Counted from the first letter of the stretch, positions 50,574-59,650 are shown. The stretch: DNA of 62,005 bases from Chromatiaceae bacterium (GCA_041738985.1 JBGSOR010000201.1:1-62005), one strand, 5' to 3'. The notes: generated from the letters alone by a model not told the origin. Translations and numbers: made by a program.

Positions 50574-51686
50574 CTAGCCCCCAGTCATATTCATGTGGCG
50601 GAAGATCACCGGTTTGGATTGCAGGTCGAAATCGTGACCACGGGGTTTTAGGTCCATGGCAGCAACGATCGCTTGCTTCAGTCGACCGTCATCCGTTGGG
50701 TTGCCCCGCAGGGTGCGCCGCAGATCCGCGGAGAATTCCTGACCGAGGCACAGCAACAGGCGGCCTTCGGCGGTGACCCGCACGCGGTTGCAGTCGCCGC
50801 AGAAATTATGGCTATGGGGGGAGATGAAGCCGACGCGCGTGTCTGTGTCCGCGACCCGGAAATATTTCGACGGTCCCCCCGTCGTCTCGATGGTCGGAAA
50901 GATCTCGAATTGCTTGGCGATGTCGCGCCGGATCTCGTCGCTGGAATAGTAGGCCGATGCCCGGTCATGATCGCCGATCGTGCCTAGGGGCATTTCCTCG
51001 ATGAAGCTAATATCGATGCCCCGGTCGATGGCGAAACGCACCAGATCGACGACCTCGTCGTGATTGCGGTCTTTGAGTATCACGCTATTGATCTTAACCC
51101 GCCGGAATCCGGCAGCGAGGGCTGCATCCAACCCGGACAGTGTCTTCTCGATCTGCCCCACCCGCGTGATACTGCGAAATCGGTCTGGCCTCAAGGTGTC
51201 GAGACTGACATTGATCCTTGTGACGCCAGCGTCCTTCAAGGCGAGAGCAAAGCGTGTCAACTGCGTGCCGTTGGTCGTGAGCGTAAGATCCTGGATGCAC
51301 GGAAGGACGCCGAGCTTCTCGAATAGCCAGATGACGTTCGGACGCACCAGTGGCTCGCCCCCGGTCACCCGCAGCTTGGTGACGCCCAGCTCGCTGAAAC
51401 ACTTGCCGACACGTGCCATCTCCTCGAGCGTAAGGACTTGATTGCGCGGCAGGAACGTCATCCGCTCCGACATGCAATAGACGCAACGCAAATCGCAGCG
51501 ATCCGTCACCGACAATCGCACATAGGTGATGCGTCGTCCGAAGCGATCTATCAGGCCGGGTTTCCCGCCGGCTTCATCGTGCCTGTTCTGGCGATCGCGA
51601 CAGTGACCTGTTTCTTTGTTCACTCGGGCTCCCAAGGGGTCTGGATCGAAGCGAGGGGGGGTTGGGTGGCCCATTGGAAATGCCAT
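50574..51686 (-). CDS. moaA: GTP 3',8-cyclase MoaA (start uncertain)
   Basis: LIDRFGR, DRCDLRCVYCM, TGGEPL, FCGDCNR..LLLCL, C-terminal GG. Confidence 0.95.
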   Translation of the reverse strand: MAFPMGHPTPPRFDPDPLGARVNKETGHCRDRQNRHDEAGGKPGLIDRFGRRITYVRLSVTDRCDLRCVYCMSERMTFLPRNQVLTLEEMARVGKCFSELGVTKLRVTGGEPLVRPNVIWLFEKLGVLPCIQDLTLTTNGTQLTRFALALKDAGVTRINVSLDTLRPDRFRSITRVGQIEKTLSGLDAALAAGFRRVKINSVILKDRNHDEVVDLVRFAIDRGIDISFIEEMPLGTIGDHDRASAYYSSDEIRRDIAKQFEIFPTIETTGGPSKYFRVADTDTRVGFISPHSHNFCGDCNRVRVTAEGRLLLCLGQEFSADLRRTLRGNPTDDGRLKQAIVAAMDLKPRGHDFDLQSKPVIFRHMNMTGG

Positions 51687-51715
51687 GGCGCGCGCAAACC
51701 CTACCGATTCGCATC

Positions 51716-51731
51716 AGCACGACGCATGCCA
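51716..51731 (-). promoter_or_regulatory. Sigma54 -24/-12 promoter of moaA
   Basis: Minus strand TGGCATGCGTCGTGCT. Confidence 0.72.
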
Positions 51732-51802
51732 ACGACCAAATTTGCTGCGGCCTTTGATTTGCGCTTGGTCTGAGCACGGTTCCGAAGAGCGCCCCGAAAG
51801 CC

Positions 51803-51851
51803 TGGGACAAAGTGTCCCAACCCACGTAGCAGGTCGGGTCGGTTTGTCTCA
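51803..51851. promoter_or_regulatory. Putative enhancer (tandem 17-bp sites, 15-bp gap), copy 3
   Basis: Perfect palindrome TGGGACA-AAG-TGTCCCA, N15, CGGGTCGGTTTGTCTCA. Confidence 0.68.
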
Positions 51852-52106
51852 GTCCGCTCCTTGCGTCCCAGTTGCCGCTCTATTAACCGAGCCGGGCGCG
51901 ATGAAAGCGACTTCCGCCGAGGGTTGCGCGACGGATGCACTGTCCGACACTCGCTTGCGGTTCTAACTGCGCTGAGCATCGCGAGACTCGCCATACAGGG
52001 TTGACCTAGCTTAAACATCGATGGGCGTATGCGGCAGGAGATCTGTCGCCTTGAACCTCTAGGTCCACCGGGATCCGCTTGCGCCGGGCTTGCGCTGGAC
52101 GTCCTC

Positions 52107-52122
52107 TGGCATAGCTCGTGCT
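52107..52122 (+). promoter_or_regulatory. Sigma54 -24/-12 promoter of the dab operon
   Basis: TGGCATAGCTCGTGCT. Confidence 0.72.
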
Positions 52123-52263
52123 TCAAACAATCGTGCCACAAGGATGGCGGTCACCAGAGATCAGCCTGCCTAAGGTACCGCTCACTCAAGCGGTTCCTCG
52201 GTACTCCGACTCAGGGATTCGAAACATGCGCATTCTCAAGACGGCCTTAGGAGCTAGATAGAC

Positions 52264-53946
52264 TTGATCGCCCATCTGGCCTACTCGCTGCCCCTGCTTG
52301 GCTTAATTTCCGCTTTAGCAGTATTGGCGTCGGCGCAGCGTATTGGCGAGCGTATCTCCGAGTTGAGCATCGGTTTCAGCCTCGTCATCTTCGTTGTGGC
52401 GCTGGGGCTGTTCCTGCGGCAGCTCTCGGTCGATCAGGGTCATTTGGCGACGATCGGAATTAGCTTATTCACAATCTACTTCGACTCGCTTACGGCGTTG
52501 ATGGCGCTCGCCGTGAGCGCGATCAGCCTGATGGTCCATCTGTATTCGGCGCGCTATATGCGGGACGACCCTTCCTATGTCCGCTTCTTCGTGCTGCTGG
52601 ATGCGATAAACGCGGCGATCATGCTGATGGTGCTCGCCGGCGACGTCTTGACACTGCTGCTTGCCTGGCATTCCATCGGCGTTATTCTGTATTTTCTACT
52701 CAACCACGACACCCGCCGGGAAGCCGCCAACCGGTATGCCTTCTGGACCCTCATCACGCATCGCGTCGGCGATCTGCCGTTGATGGCGGCCGCCGCCCTC
52801 CTGTACTACGCATACGGCACTCTGAGCATTCCGCTCATCTTCGAGGGCATCGCCGCAGACCCCCATCGCTCCACGGTTTTTGGATTGCCAATCTCGGAGA
52901 CCGTCGGCCTCCTGATCCTGCTCGCGGCCTTTGCGAAATCCGCCCAGTTTCCATTACACACGTGGCTGCCTTATACCATGGATGGTCCAACTCCGGTGTC
53001 GGCACTGATGCATGCCGGTATCGTCAACTCAGGCGGCTTTCTGATCAACCGTTTTGCGCCGGTCTTCGCGCACACCGACTCGGTTCTGCAGGTCGCCCTT
53101 CTCATCGGCCTGGCGACGACGATCATGGGCTCAGCGATGATGCTGATGCAGAGCGACATCAAAAAGGCGCTGGGCTATTCGACCATGGGCCAAATGGGCT
53201 ATATGGTGATGGAATGCGGTCTTGGCGCCTTCTCTTTAGCGATTGTCCATCTGATCGCCCACGGCGTTTTCAAGGCGACGTTGTTCATGGACTCCGGCAG
53301 TCCGATCTCCCGGGCGCGCAGGGACCCAAATATCCCGGAAGGCGAGATCTACAAGTTCATGGTGGAGCGCAAGCCGCCTAAGCCGCCCCTTTCCTGGGTA
53401 ATCTTCGCGGCTATTACGATCACGGTTCCCCTGTTCATCGTGCTCGCTGCGCATCAAGTTGTCGACGAGGGCTTTCTCAGCCATCAAGGGGCCATCGTTC
53501 TGTTGCTGTTCGGGTGGATCACCGGCGTTCAGACCCTCTTTTTCGTCTACAAGATTGGGGGCGAGGAGCCGTTCAAGCTACTGGGATACGTGATGCTTTC
53601 CTTCGCAGCGGTTATCGTAATCTACGTGCTGGCGGGGCATACGATCGACACCTTGCTCTATCCGGATCCCGCTTTTCGCGAGGCGCTGTATCGGGCCGCG
53701 TCGCTGCCAGACCCGATTTTCACTGTCTTGATGCTCGTGTTGGTCACCCTGATCGCTGCGGGTTGGCTACTGGTCTTCTGGTCCACCGCGCAACCGGAGC
53801 CCCTCAGGCGACGCTACCGCGACAGCTATCTCTCGATATACGCCTTGATGTCGCGCGAATTCTATATCGGCGATCTTTATGGTCGGCTGGCCGGTGGGAT
53901 GCTAACGCGCTCGCGCCGCCTCAATGCGCTCATGCGATGGGTCTGA
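52264..53946 (+). CDS. dabB: DAB inorganic carbon transporter membrane subunit (NuoL/MrpA-like)
   Basis: AKSAQFPLHTWLP, DGPTPVSALMHAGIVN, YSTMGQMG, AHGVFKATLF; upstream of DUF2309; AGGAG RBS then TTG. Confidence 0.87.
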   Translation: MIAHLAYSLPLLGLISALAVLASAQRIGERISELSIGFSLVIFVVALGLFLRQLSVDQGHLATIGISLFTIYFDSLTALMALAVSAISLMVHLYSARYMRDDPSYVRFFVLLDAINAAIMLMVLAGDVLTLLLAWHSIGVILYFLLNHDTRREAANRYAFWTLITHRVGDLPLMAAAALLYYAYGTLSIPLIFEGIAADPHRSTVFGLPISETVGLLILLAAFAKSAQFPLHTWLPYTMDGPTPVSALMHAGIVNSGGFLINRFAPVFAHTDSVLQVALLIGLATTIMGSAMMLMQSDIKKALGYSTMGQMGYMVMECGLGAFSLAIVHLIAHGVFKATLFMDSGSPISRARRDPNIPEGEIYKFMVERKPPKPPLSWVIFAAITITVPLFIVLAAHQVVDEGFLSHQGAIVLLLFGWITGVQTLFFVYKIGGEEPFKLLGYVMLSFAAVIVIYVLAGHTIDTLLYPDPAFREALYRAASLPDPIFTVLMLVLVTLIAAGWLLVFWSTAQPEPLRRRYRDSYLSIYALMSREFYIGDLYGRLAGGMLTRSRRLNALMRWV

Positions 53947-53947
53947 T

Positions 53948-54760
53948 ATGAGCATCGCGCTGTTTCTCATCGCCGGGCTGTTCTTGCCTCTCTATCCTTT
54001 GAGCATCCTGCCCAACGCCCTCCTGCAAGGCCGATTGGGCGGCACGACCAGGCTCGTTTCGGAACGGCGCCGGGGACCGGTGCTCAAGTCCGCGCTTGTC
54101 ATGCTATTTCCGGTGATGGGGATTGGGCTCGTGGCCTTGGGATCGACGATCCTGGCGGACGGAGATTCAATGGTGCTGACCGTCTTTGGGGTCTGGGGCG
54201 GACTGACCTCGGTGCTTTATGCGTTTCGGCTGCTCAGCGCCAAGGATGGCGAGATCTGGATTTCGCACCTGTTCTCCTCCGCCGTTGCGTTGATATGGGT
54301 GGGGATACCCTACGGCGTGAACCCAATCCTACCCGCCATCGGGCTGTCGGTCTCCCTGATTCCGCTGGTGTTTATGTTAGACCAGTTAACCGGGCGATTC
54401 GGCATTGCGCGCAGCGGACTCTACCCGGGACTCTGCTCGTGCATGCCCCTGTTCGCGCATCTATTCATTGCCGCAGTGCTTGCCGCGATCGCGGTGCCTT
54501 TTTCGCCTTCGTTCTTCGCCGTCGCGGCGCTCGCCTTCGGCGGCGTCGGGTCGGACGAGGTGGTGGTGCTGCTTCCTATCTGCCTGTCCTGGCTCCTGTG
54601 GACCTGGGCCGGCGCCAACCTCTTGACTGGGATCGTCTGGGGCGTTCCGCGGGATGATCTTTTTTATCGCGATCTGAGTCGACAGGGCGCCCTCGGCCTC
54701 GGCGGCAGTTTGATCGCGCTCGGATTCTTCGGCATTGTTTTAGTGGAGGTAGCCCTGTGA
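53948..54760 (+). CDS. Integral membrane accessory protein of the DAB operon (antiporter-fragment-like)
   Basis: Highly hydrophobic; GLFLPLYPLS, YPGL..MP, AVPFSPSF; coupled to dabB and dabA. Confidence 0.72.
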   Translation: MSIALFLIAGLFLPLYPLSILPNALLQGRLGGTTRLVSERRRGPVLKSALVMLFPVMGIGLVALGSTILADGDSMVLTVFGVWGGLTSVLYAFRLLSAKDGEIWISHLFSSAVALIWVGIPYGVNPILPAIGLSVSLIPLVFMLDQLTGRFGIARSGLYPGLCSCMPLFAHLFIAAVLAAIAVPFSPSFFAVAALAFGGVGSDEVVVLLPICLSWLLWTWAGANLLTGIVWGVPRDDLFYRDLSRQGALGLGGSLIALGFFGIVLVEVAL

Positions 54761-55257
54761 CCGCATTAGCAGTAGACGTCAAATGGCCCGATGCCGACCC
54801 GGTCGCTGAAGGGTCGGGGACACAGAGCGATTCGAGGCTGGGGCACGACCTTAAGATCCGCTCCATGGTCGCCGTCGCCGGGGAGCCCCTGCCATTCGTG
54901 TGGCCAATGCGCAACTTCATCCATCACAACCCCCTGCATGGGCTCGAGCACCTTCCTTTCGAGGAGGCTATTGCCCGGGCGAGCGATCTCTTCCATGCCA
55001 GAGGCTATCTCCGTCGCACCGATTATCAGGGCTTGATGCACGAGGGAAAGATCGACCCGGACGCGATCAAGGATCTGGTGGGAGAGTTCCTGCGCGATCG
55101 CTTTCCCGATCAGGGGGTTACGACCGACTGGGACCAAGGTCTCGATCTGTGGCGGGTCCTCTTTACGCTCATGACGCAGATGGATCAGCCCAGTGCGGGA
55201 AACGCCTATCCGAGTACGGACGCCATCTTGGCGCAACTGCGGCCATTCCTGGATTAG
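54757..55257 (+). CDS. dabA: DabA (DUF2309) N-terminal fragment
   Basis: KIRSMV..AGEPLP.VWPMRNFIHHNPLHGLEHLPF N-terminal DUF2309 motif; stops at TAG 55255-55257. Confidence 0.72.
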   Translation: MTALAVDVKWPDADPVAEGSGTQSDSRLGHDLKIRSMVAVAGEPLPFVWPMRNFIHHNPLHGLEHLPFEEAIARASDLFHARGYLRRTDYQGLMHEGKIDPDAIKDLVGEFLRDRFPDQGVTTDWDQGLDLWRVLFTLMTQMDQPSAGNAYPSTDAILAQLRPFLD

Positions 55258-55259
55258 CG

Positions 55260-58079
55260 ATGAAGATGCTTGATAAAGACGGGATCGGTGTCCAGTGGAC
55301 GCTCTACGATCTCATCGATCGACTCTTTGGCAGCAGGATCGAATCGACGCTTAACGAGCTGCTGATCAAGGGATGCATGGACTTCCTCGACGAGGGGCAA
55401 TCCGTTTGGCGGATGCCGGGGCGCCGGCAAGGCTTGTTCCGCGCATGGGAGGCGATCGCCAAACGCAATCATCGGTTGCGTCTGCACGGCCTCGATGTTG
55501 GTCACATCCTGGAGGCTGCGGATGGTCCAGAAGCGGCAATCGATTTGGTGATGAAGCGGCTCGAGGTTCCCGAGAGACTATGGATGGAATATTTCGCTGT
55601 CGAGCTCTCGAAGCTCCATGGTTGGGCCGGTTTCGTGCGCTGGCGATCTCATGCCAAGGAGTATTATTGGCAGGAACGGAACCCCGCGGATCTGGTCGAC
55701 TTTATCGCCATCCGGCTGGTACTGTCGCTGTCTTTGCTCGAAGAGGCTCAGAAGCGCTACCAGTGCCCCTTTGGATACTTGGCCTGGGTTCAGTACATCG
55801 AGCAACGCCCGCACGAATGCCTGTTGCGCCATGAGCTGCATTCCGGGGCAATCCTGCCAGATTACGCGCATCGTGTCGAGGTTGCACTCGACAGCGGCGA
55901 TCCAGCGCGTATCAAGGCATTGAGCCTCGAGTACCAAACGGAAAAGACGCAACGCGAGGCGGCCACGCGTGCACGCAGATTGCAGGAGCTCTGCGAGCGC
56001 GCGGGCATTCCCCGTGCAGTCTTAGCCAGACAGCCTTCGCATTCCCTTCGACAGATGATAGAGACCGTCTATGCCTTCAGGTCGGTGGAAGGCTTCGTCT
56101 GGACGCAAGCCCTCGAGAGAACCTATATCCGCGCCTTGCTCGCCAAACTGGCCGAGCATCGCGGTTCGGGGGCACTTGGCAGCTCGGACTCTGGACCCGC
56201 AGACAACCGGGGCGACGGCTCCCGGGTTCAGGCGATGTTCTGTATCGATGTGCGCTCGGAGCGCCTGCGCCGACAGCTCGAGCAGCTCGGGCACTACGAC
56301 ACCTATGGCGTCGCTGGATTTTTCGGCATCGCGATCAACTATATCGCGTTCGGCAAGGGCCATGAAGTCGCGCTATGTCCGGCCATCGTCGCGCCGCGTA
56401 ACGTCGTGTTGGAGATGCCGCATCAGCACGAGCAGCACCAAGATTCGCTCTTCCACCTGGCTACCGAGGTCGTCCACGATCTAAAGGCGACGGTCCTGTC
56501 ACCCTATATCACGGTCGAGGCCGTTGGCCTGCTTTTCGGATGCGACATGCTCGGCAAGACCCTGGCACCCGCTGCCTACAACACCTGGCGCAAGCAGCTC
56601 GGGAACGGGCGCAAGCCGACGCGGCTGATGATCGACAAGATCGCCAAGCATGACGCGATGGACCTGATTGCCAATCTCCAGGACGAAATGGTGGTCAAGG
56701 CCGTAGACCGACATTTCGGGATCAAGCGGGAGGCCATCACGACCGGGATGATCCTTGAGCTGCGTGAGATCGCTTTGGGTAACGCCCCATCTCCCAGCGC
56801 CTTCGCGCGACGCTTCGACATCGACCCCGCCGCGGAGGCGTTCTTCATCGCGCGGCTTCGCCTGGAGTATGGGTTGAACCCCGACCGGACTAAGATCCAG
56901 CTAGAGCACATGGCACGGATCGGCTTTAGCATCGAGCGTCAAGCGCTCCTTGTTCGTCAGACGCTGACGACGATCGGCTTGCTTGACGGTTTTGCGAAGC
57001 TCGTCTTGATCGTCGGACACGGCAGCACGTCCCAGAACAACCCTTACGAGTCGGCGTTGGACTGCGGTGCCTGCGGCGGGGAGCAAGGGCTGGTGAACGC
57101 TCGCGTGTTCGCGGCCATGGCGAATCGGCGCGAGGTGCGCGAACGACTGTCCGAGGAGGGCATCCGGATCCCGGAGGATACTTGGTTCATCCCGGCGCTT
57201 CACGACACGACCACCGACGAGACGATGCTCCACGATATCGAGCAACTACCACCGGGCCGGCTGACACAACTGACTCGCATCCAGGAGGACTTGGCCGCCG
57301 CCGGACGGCTCTGCGCGCAAGAGCGTTGCTATGAGCTCGGGGAGTCCGCGGCGGATTCTCCCGAAGCGGCGTCGAGATGCGTCAAGCGTTGTTCTATGGA
57401 TTGGTCCCAGGTTCGACCGGAATGGGGTCTATCGAAGAATGCGTCTTTCATCGTGGCCAGCCGTGCCCTTACGCGGGGGCTCGATCTCGGCGGCCGCGCC
57501 TTCCTGCACTCTTATGATTATCGCCAGGATACGACGGGTAGCCTGCTCGAGGCGATCGTCTCCGGGCCGCTGATCGTCGCTCAGTGGATCAACATGGAGC
57601 ACTATTTTTCCGTCGTCGACAACGAGGTCTTCGGCAGCGGTAGCAAGATTTACCACAATGTCGTTGGCCGCTTCGGCGTCATGACGGGTAACGTCAGCGA
57701 CTTGCGAACGGGCCTGCCGGCGCAGACCGTTTTTCAGGGCGAGCGACCCTATCACGAGCCCATGCGTCTGATCGCCCTGATCGAGGCCCCACTGCCATTC
57801 GTCCAGAGCGTTCTGGCCAGGGTCTGCAAGATTCGGGATCTGGTGTACAACGGTTGGGTGCGATTCCTGGTGCTTGACCCGGAGACCGGTTCTGCCAATC
57901 TCTTCGAGGGTGGCGTCTGGATTGTGCAGGGTCAATACCCGCAATCGGATGGGGGGCGAGCAACGGCCGGACCCCACGACCAGTTCGCTCCGAGCTCCGG
58001 ACAGATACTGCCGCAATGGAGAACCAGTTATGAGCGATTTCACGGTCGGCGCCATGAAAAAGCTCGAGATCGTCGTTGA
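55260..58079 (+). CDS. dabA: DabA (DUF2309) beta-carbonic-anhydrase-like subunit, main fragment
   Basis: DFLDEGQS, LHGWAGF, FCIDVRSE, GHGS, LDCGACGG (Zn ligands), RPEWGL, QWINMEHYFS, HEPMRL. Confidence 0.85.
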   Translation: MKMLDKDGIGVQWTLYDLIDRLFGSRIESTLNELLIKGCMDFLDEGQSVWRMPGRRQGLFRAWEAIAKRNHRLRLHGLDVGHILEAADGPEAAIDLVMKRLEVPERLWMEYFAVELSKLHGWAGFVRWRSHAKEYYWQERNPADLVDFIAIRLVLSLSLLEEAQKRYQCPFGYLAWVQYIEQRPHECLLRHELHSGAILPDYAHRVEVALDSGDPARIKALSLEYQTEKTQREAATRARRLQELCERAGIPRAVLARQPSHSLRQMIETVYAFRSVEGFVWTQALERTYIRALLAKLAEHRGSGALGSSDSGPADNRGDGSRVQAMFCIDVRSERLRRQLEQLGHYDTYGVAGFFGIAINYIAFGKGHEVALCPAIVAPRNVVLEMPHQHEQHQDSLFHLATEVVHDLKATVLSPYITVEAVGLLFGCDMLGKTLAPAAYNTWRKQLGNGRKPTRLMIDKIAKHDAMDLIANLQDEMVVKAVDRHFGIKREAITTGMILELREIALGNAPSPSAFARRFDIDPAAEAFFIARLRLEYGLNPDRTKIQLEHMARIGFSIERQALLVRQTLTTIGLLDGFAKLVLIVGHGSTSQNNPYESALDCGACGGEQGLVNARVFAAMANRREVRERLSEEGIRIPEDTWFIPALHDTTTDETMLHDIEQLPPGRLTQLTRIQEDLAAAGRLCAQERCYELGESAADSPEAASRCVKRCSMDWSQVRPEWGLSKNASFIVASRALTRGLDLGGRAFLHSYDYRQDTTGSLLEAIVSGPLIVAQWINMEHYFSVVDNEVFGSGSKIYHNVVGRFGVMTGNVSDLRTGLPAQTVFQGERPYHEPMRLIALIEAPLPFVQSVLARVCKIRDLVYNGWVRFLVLDPETGSANLFEGGVWIVQGQYPQSDGGRATAGPHDQFAPSSGQILPQWRTSYERFHGRRHEKARDRR

Positions 58080-58356
58080 AGGCGAATATCAGGGGTTCGT
58101 TGTCGACCTTCTCAACCGAGCTGGCGTAAGCGGCTATACGATCTTCCATAACCTATCCGGAAAGGGAACGCATGGGACACACAAAAGCCATCTGATGTTC
58201 AACGACGATTCGGTGCTCGTAATGATTGTCAGTGCCGTGCCGCAGAACCTGGTCAGCCCGATCCTGGAGGGACTGGCACCCTTTTTCAACAAGCACATGG
58301 GGGTTGTCTTCACGTCGGACATCCAAGTGAGTCGTATGGCGAAATCGGAAACTTAG
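58030..58356 (+). CDS. PII-like (SbtB-like) signalling protein
   Basis: MKKLEIVVEGE, GVSGYTI..SGKGTHG, GVVFTSD; GGAG RBS; last gene of dab operon. Confidence 0.82.
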   Translation: MSDFTVGAMKKLEIVVEGEYQGFVVDLLNRAGVSGYTIFHNLSGKGTHGTHKSHLMFNDDSVLVMIVSAVPQNLVSPILEGLAPFFNKHMGVVFTSDIQVSRMAKSET

Positions 58357-58515
58357 AAAGAATCCCAGTTGGAGCGGGGATTCTTCGGGGGTCAGATCCG
58401 ATGGCGGCCAAACGGGCTAGAACGTCGTGTCGTTCGAATAGGCCGGTCGGTCTGCACCGTACCAGCTTGACAGCCTATGTCCTCCTCGCCTCACTCGTGG
58501 TGAGGCACCTTTCTG

Positions 58516-58538
58516 CCCGGCGCCCGCCGGGTTTTTTT
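58516..58538 (+). terminator. Rho-independent terminator
   Basis: CCCGGC-GCCC-GCCGGG followed by T7. Confidence 0.75.
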
Positions 58539-58704
58539 CGGCATCAACGGCTCCAGCGGCGGGGCGGAGGCCCTGCGGGCGGCGAACGCGAACCGTCTCC
58601 CGTATCGGCGTCGTACCGGCTGGTGTCGCGGCTGAACGATGGTCCCGCCGAGGAAGAGCCCGGGGCTGCAGGGACCAGGTGTGGGTACCAGGTGGCTCGC
58701 CCCG

Positions 58705-59061
58705 CTACCGCCTCGTCCGCCGGGAACGGTGAGGCAGCTCGGAGGCGGCACGCAGCTTATCCACCCAGTGCAGCAGGGCGAGCCAGGGGTGGCGCAAGGG
58801 CATGCGCGGGCCTGCGTAGCGCATGACGTCGCGTACGCGCTCGCGCATGGCCTGGCTGTAGCAGTGGACCTCGCATCGGTTGCACACCGGCTTTTCCTCG
58901 TGGAAGGGGCAGGTGGCGAGTCGGCGGTGGGCATAATCCCGAAGCCGGTGGCACTCTGGGCAAAGCGCGCCGCGACCGCCGTGCCGATCCCGGCAGGAGA
59001 TCTCCAGCATGGCGTCTATCGTGCGCCGTTCCTGGCGGATGCGGGGGCCTGGAGTGGTCAT
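58705..59061 (-). CDS. ygbA: YgbA-like (nitrous oxide-stimulated promoter family) protein
   Basis: RI..E..TI.AM...C..H, LCPEC..L.DYA..RL..CPF.EEKP.C..C..HCY, MRYAGPRM..RHP. Confidence 0.88.
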   Translation of the reverse strand: MTTPGPRIRQERRTIDAMLEISCRDRHGGRGALCPECHRLRDYAHRRLATCPFHEEKPVCNRCEVHCYSQAMRERVRDVMRYAGPRMPLRHPWLALLHWVDKLRAASELPHRSRRTRR

Positions 59062-59178
59062 GGGCAGATCGGGCTCTCCGATACAAAGTTGGCGCGGGCC
59101 GGGGCCTAGGTCGGGCGCGTTCAGTCCCGGCTACCCGCCATTGGGCGTCGGCGGGGTTGGCACGCGCTCTGACCTCGA

Positions 59179-59385
59179 TCAAGACGGACTGGACGACGGG
59201 GCATTCTTGAGCTCGGGATACATTGCAAGCAGATGGATCAGATCGAGATTCCTGATCGCTTGCACTGCGAACTCCCAACGTCCCTCGCCGCATAGACCGC
59301 TCACGCCTGCCTGCTCATACGCGTCCAACGCGGTCTGCATGCAGGCCGATCTGACATATTCCGCTAGATCGAGCCGGTCGATCAT
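59179..59385 (-). CDS. Small conserved helical protein (68 aa)
   Basis: LAEYVRSAC..ALDAYEQAGVSGLCGEGRWE.AV.AIR.LDL. Confidence 0.65.
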   Translation of the reverse strand: MIDRLDLAEYVRSACMQTALDAYEQAGVSGLCGEGRWEFAVQAIRNLDLIHLLAMYPELKNAPSSSPS

Positions 59386-59636
59386 GGTCTGTACCCTTTG
59401 GTTTCGGGGGAGCGTCCCCGGCAAGGCGGACTGTCTCGTCGGCAGTATACCGAGGCCACGGGGAGCCAGCTCAAGGCCGACAACGCCGATAACAAGCAGA
59501 GGTAACGGCGTGTGGCACGCCGCACCAATGGGCTTCCGAGACAATCCGAATCGTTCGGCAACGAGCCCCAGAAGCTTACCTGGCAGCCCGATCTCGGCAA
59601 ACCCCGCATCGGCGCATGCCAGCGGGTCCTTGCGGC

Positions 59637-59650
59637 TTGATCGACATCAA
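59637..59650. promoter_or_regulatory. FNR/DNR box
   Basis: Perfect TTGAT-CGAC-ATCAA between divergent genes. Confidence 0.82.
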
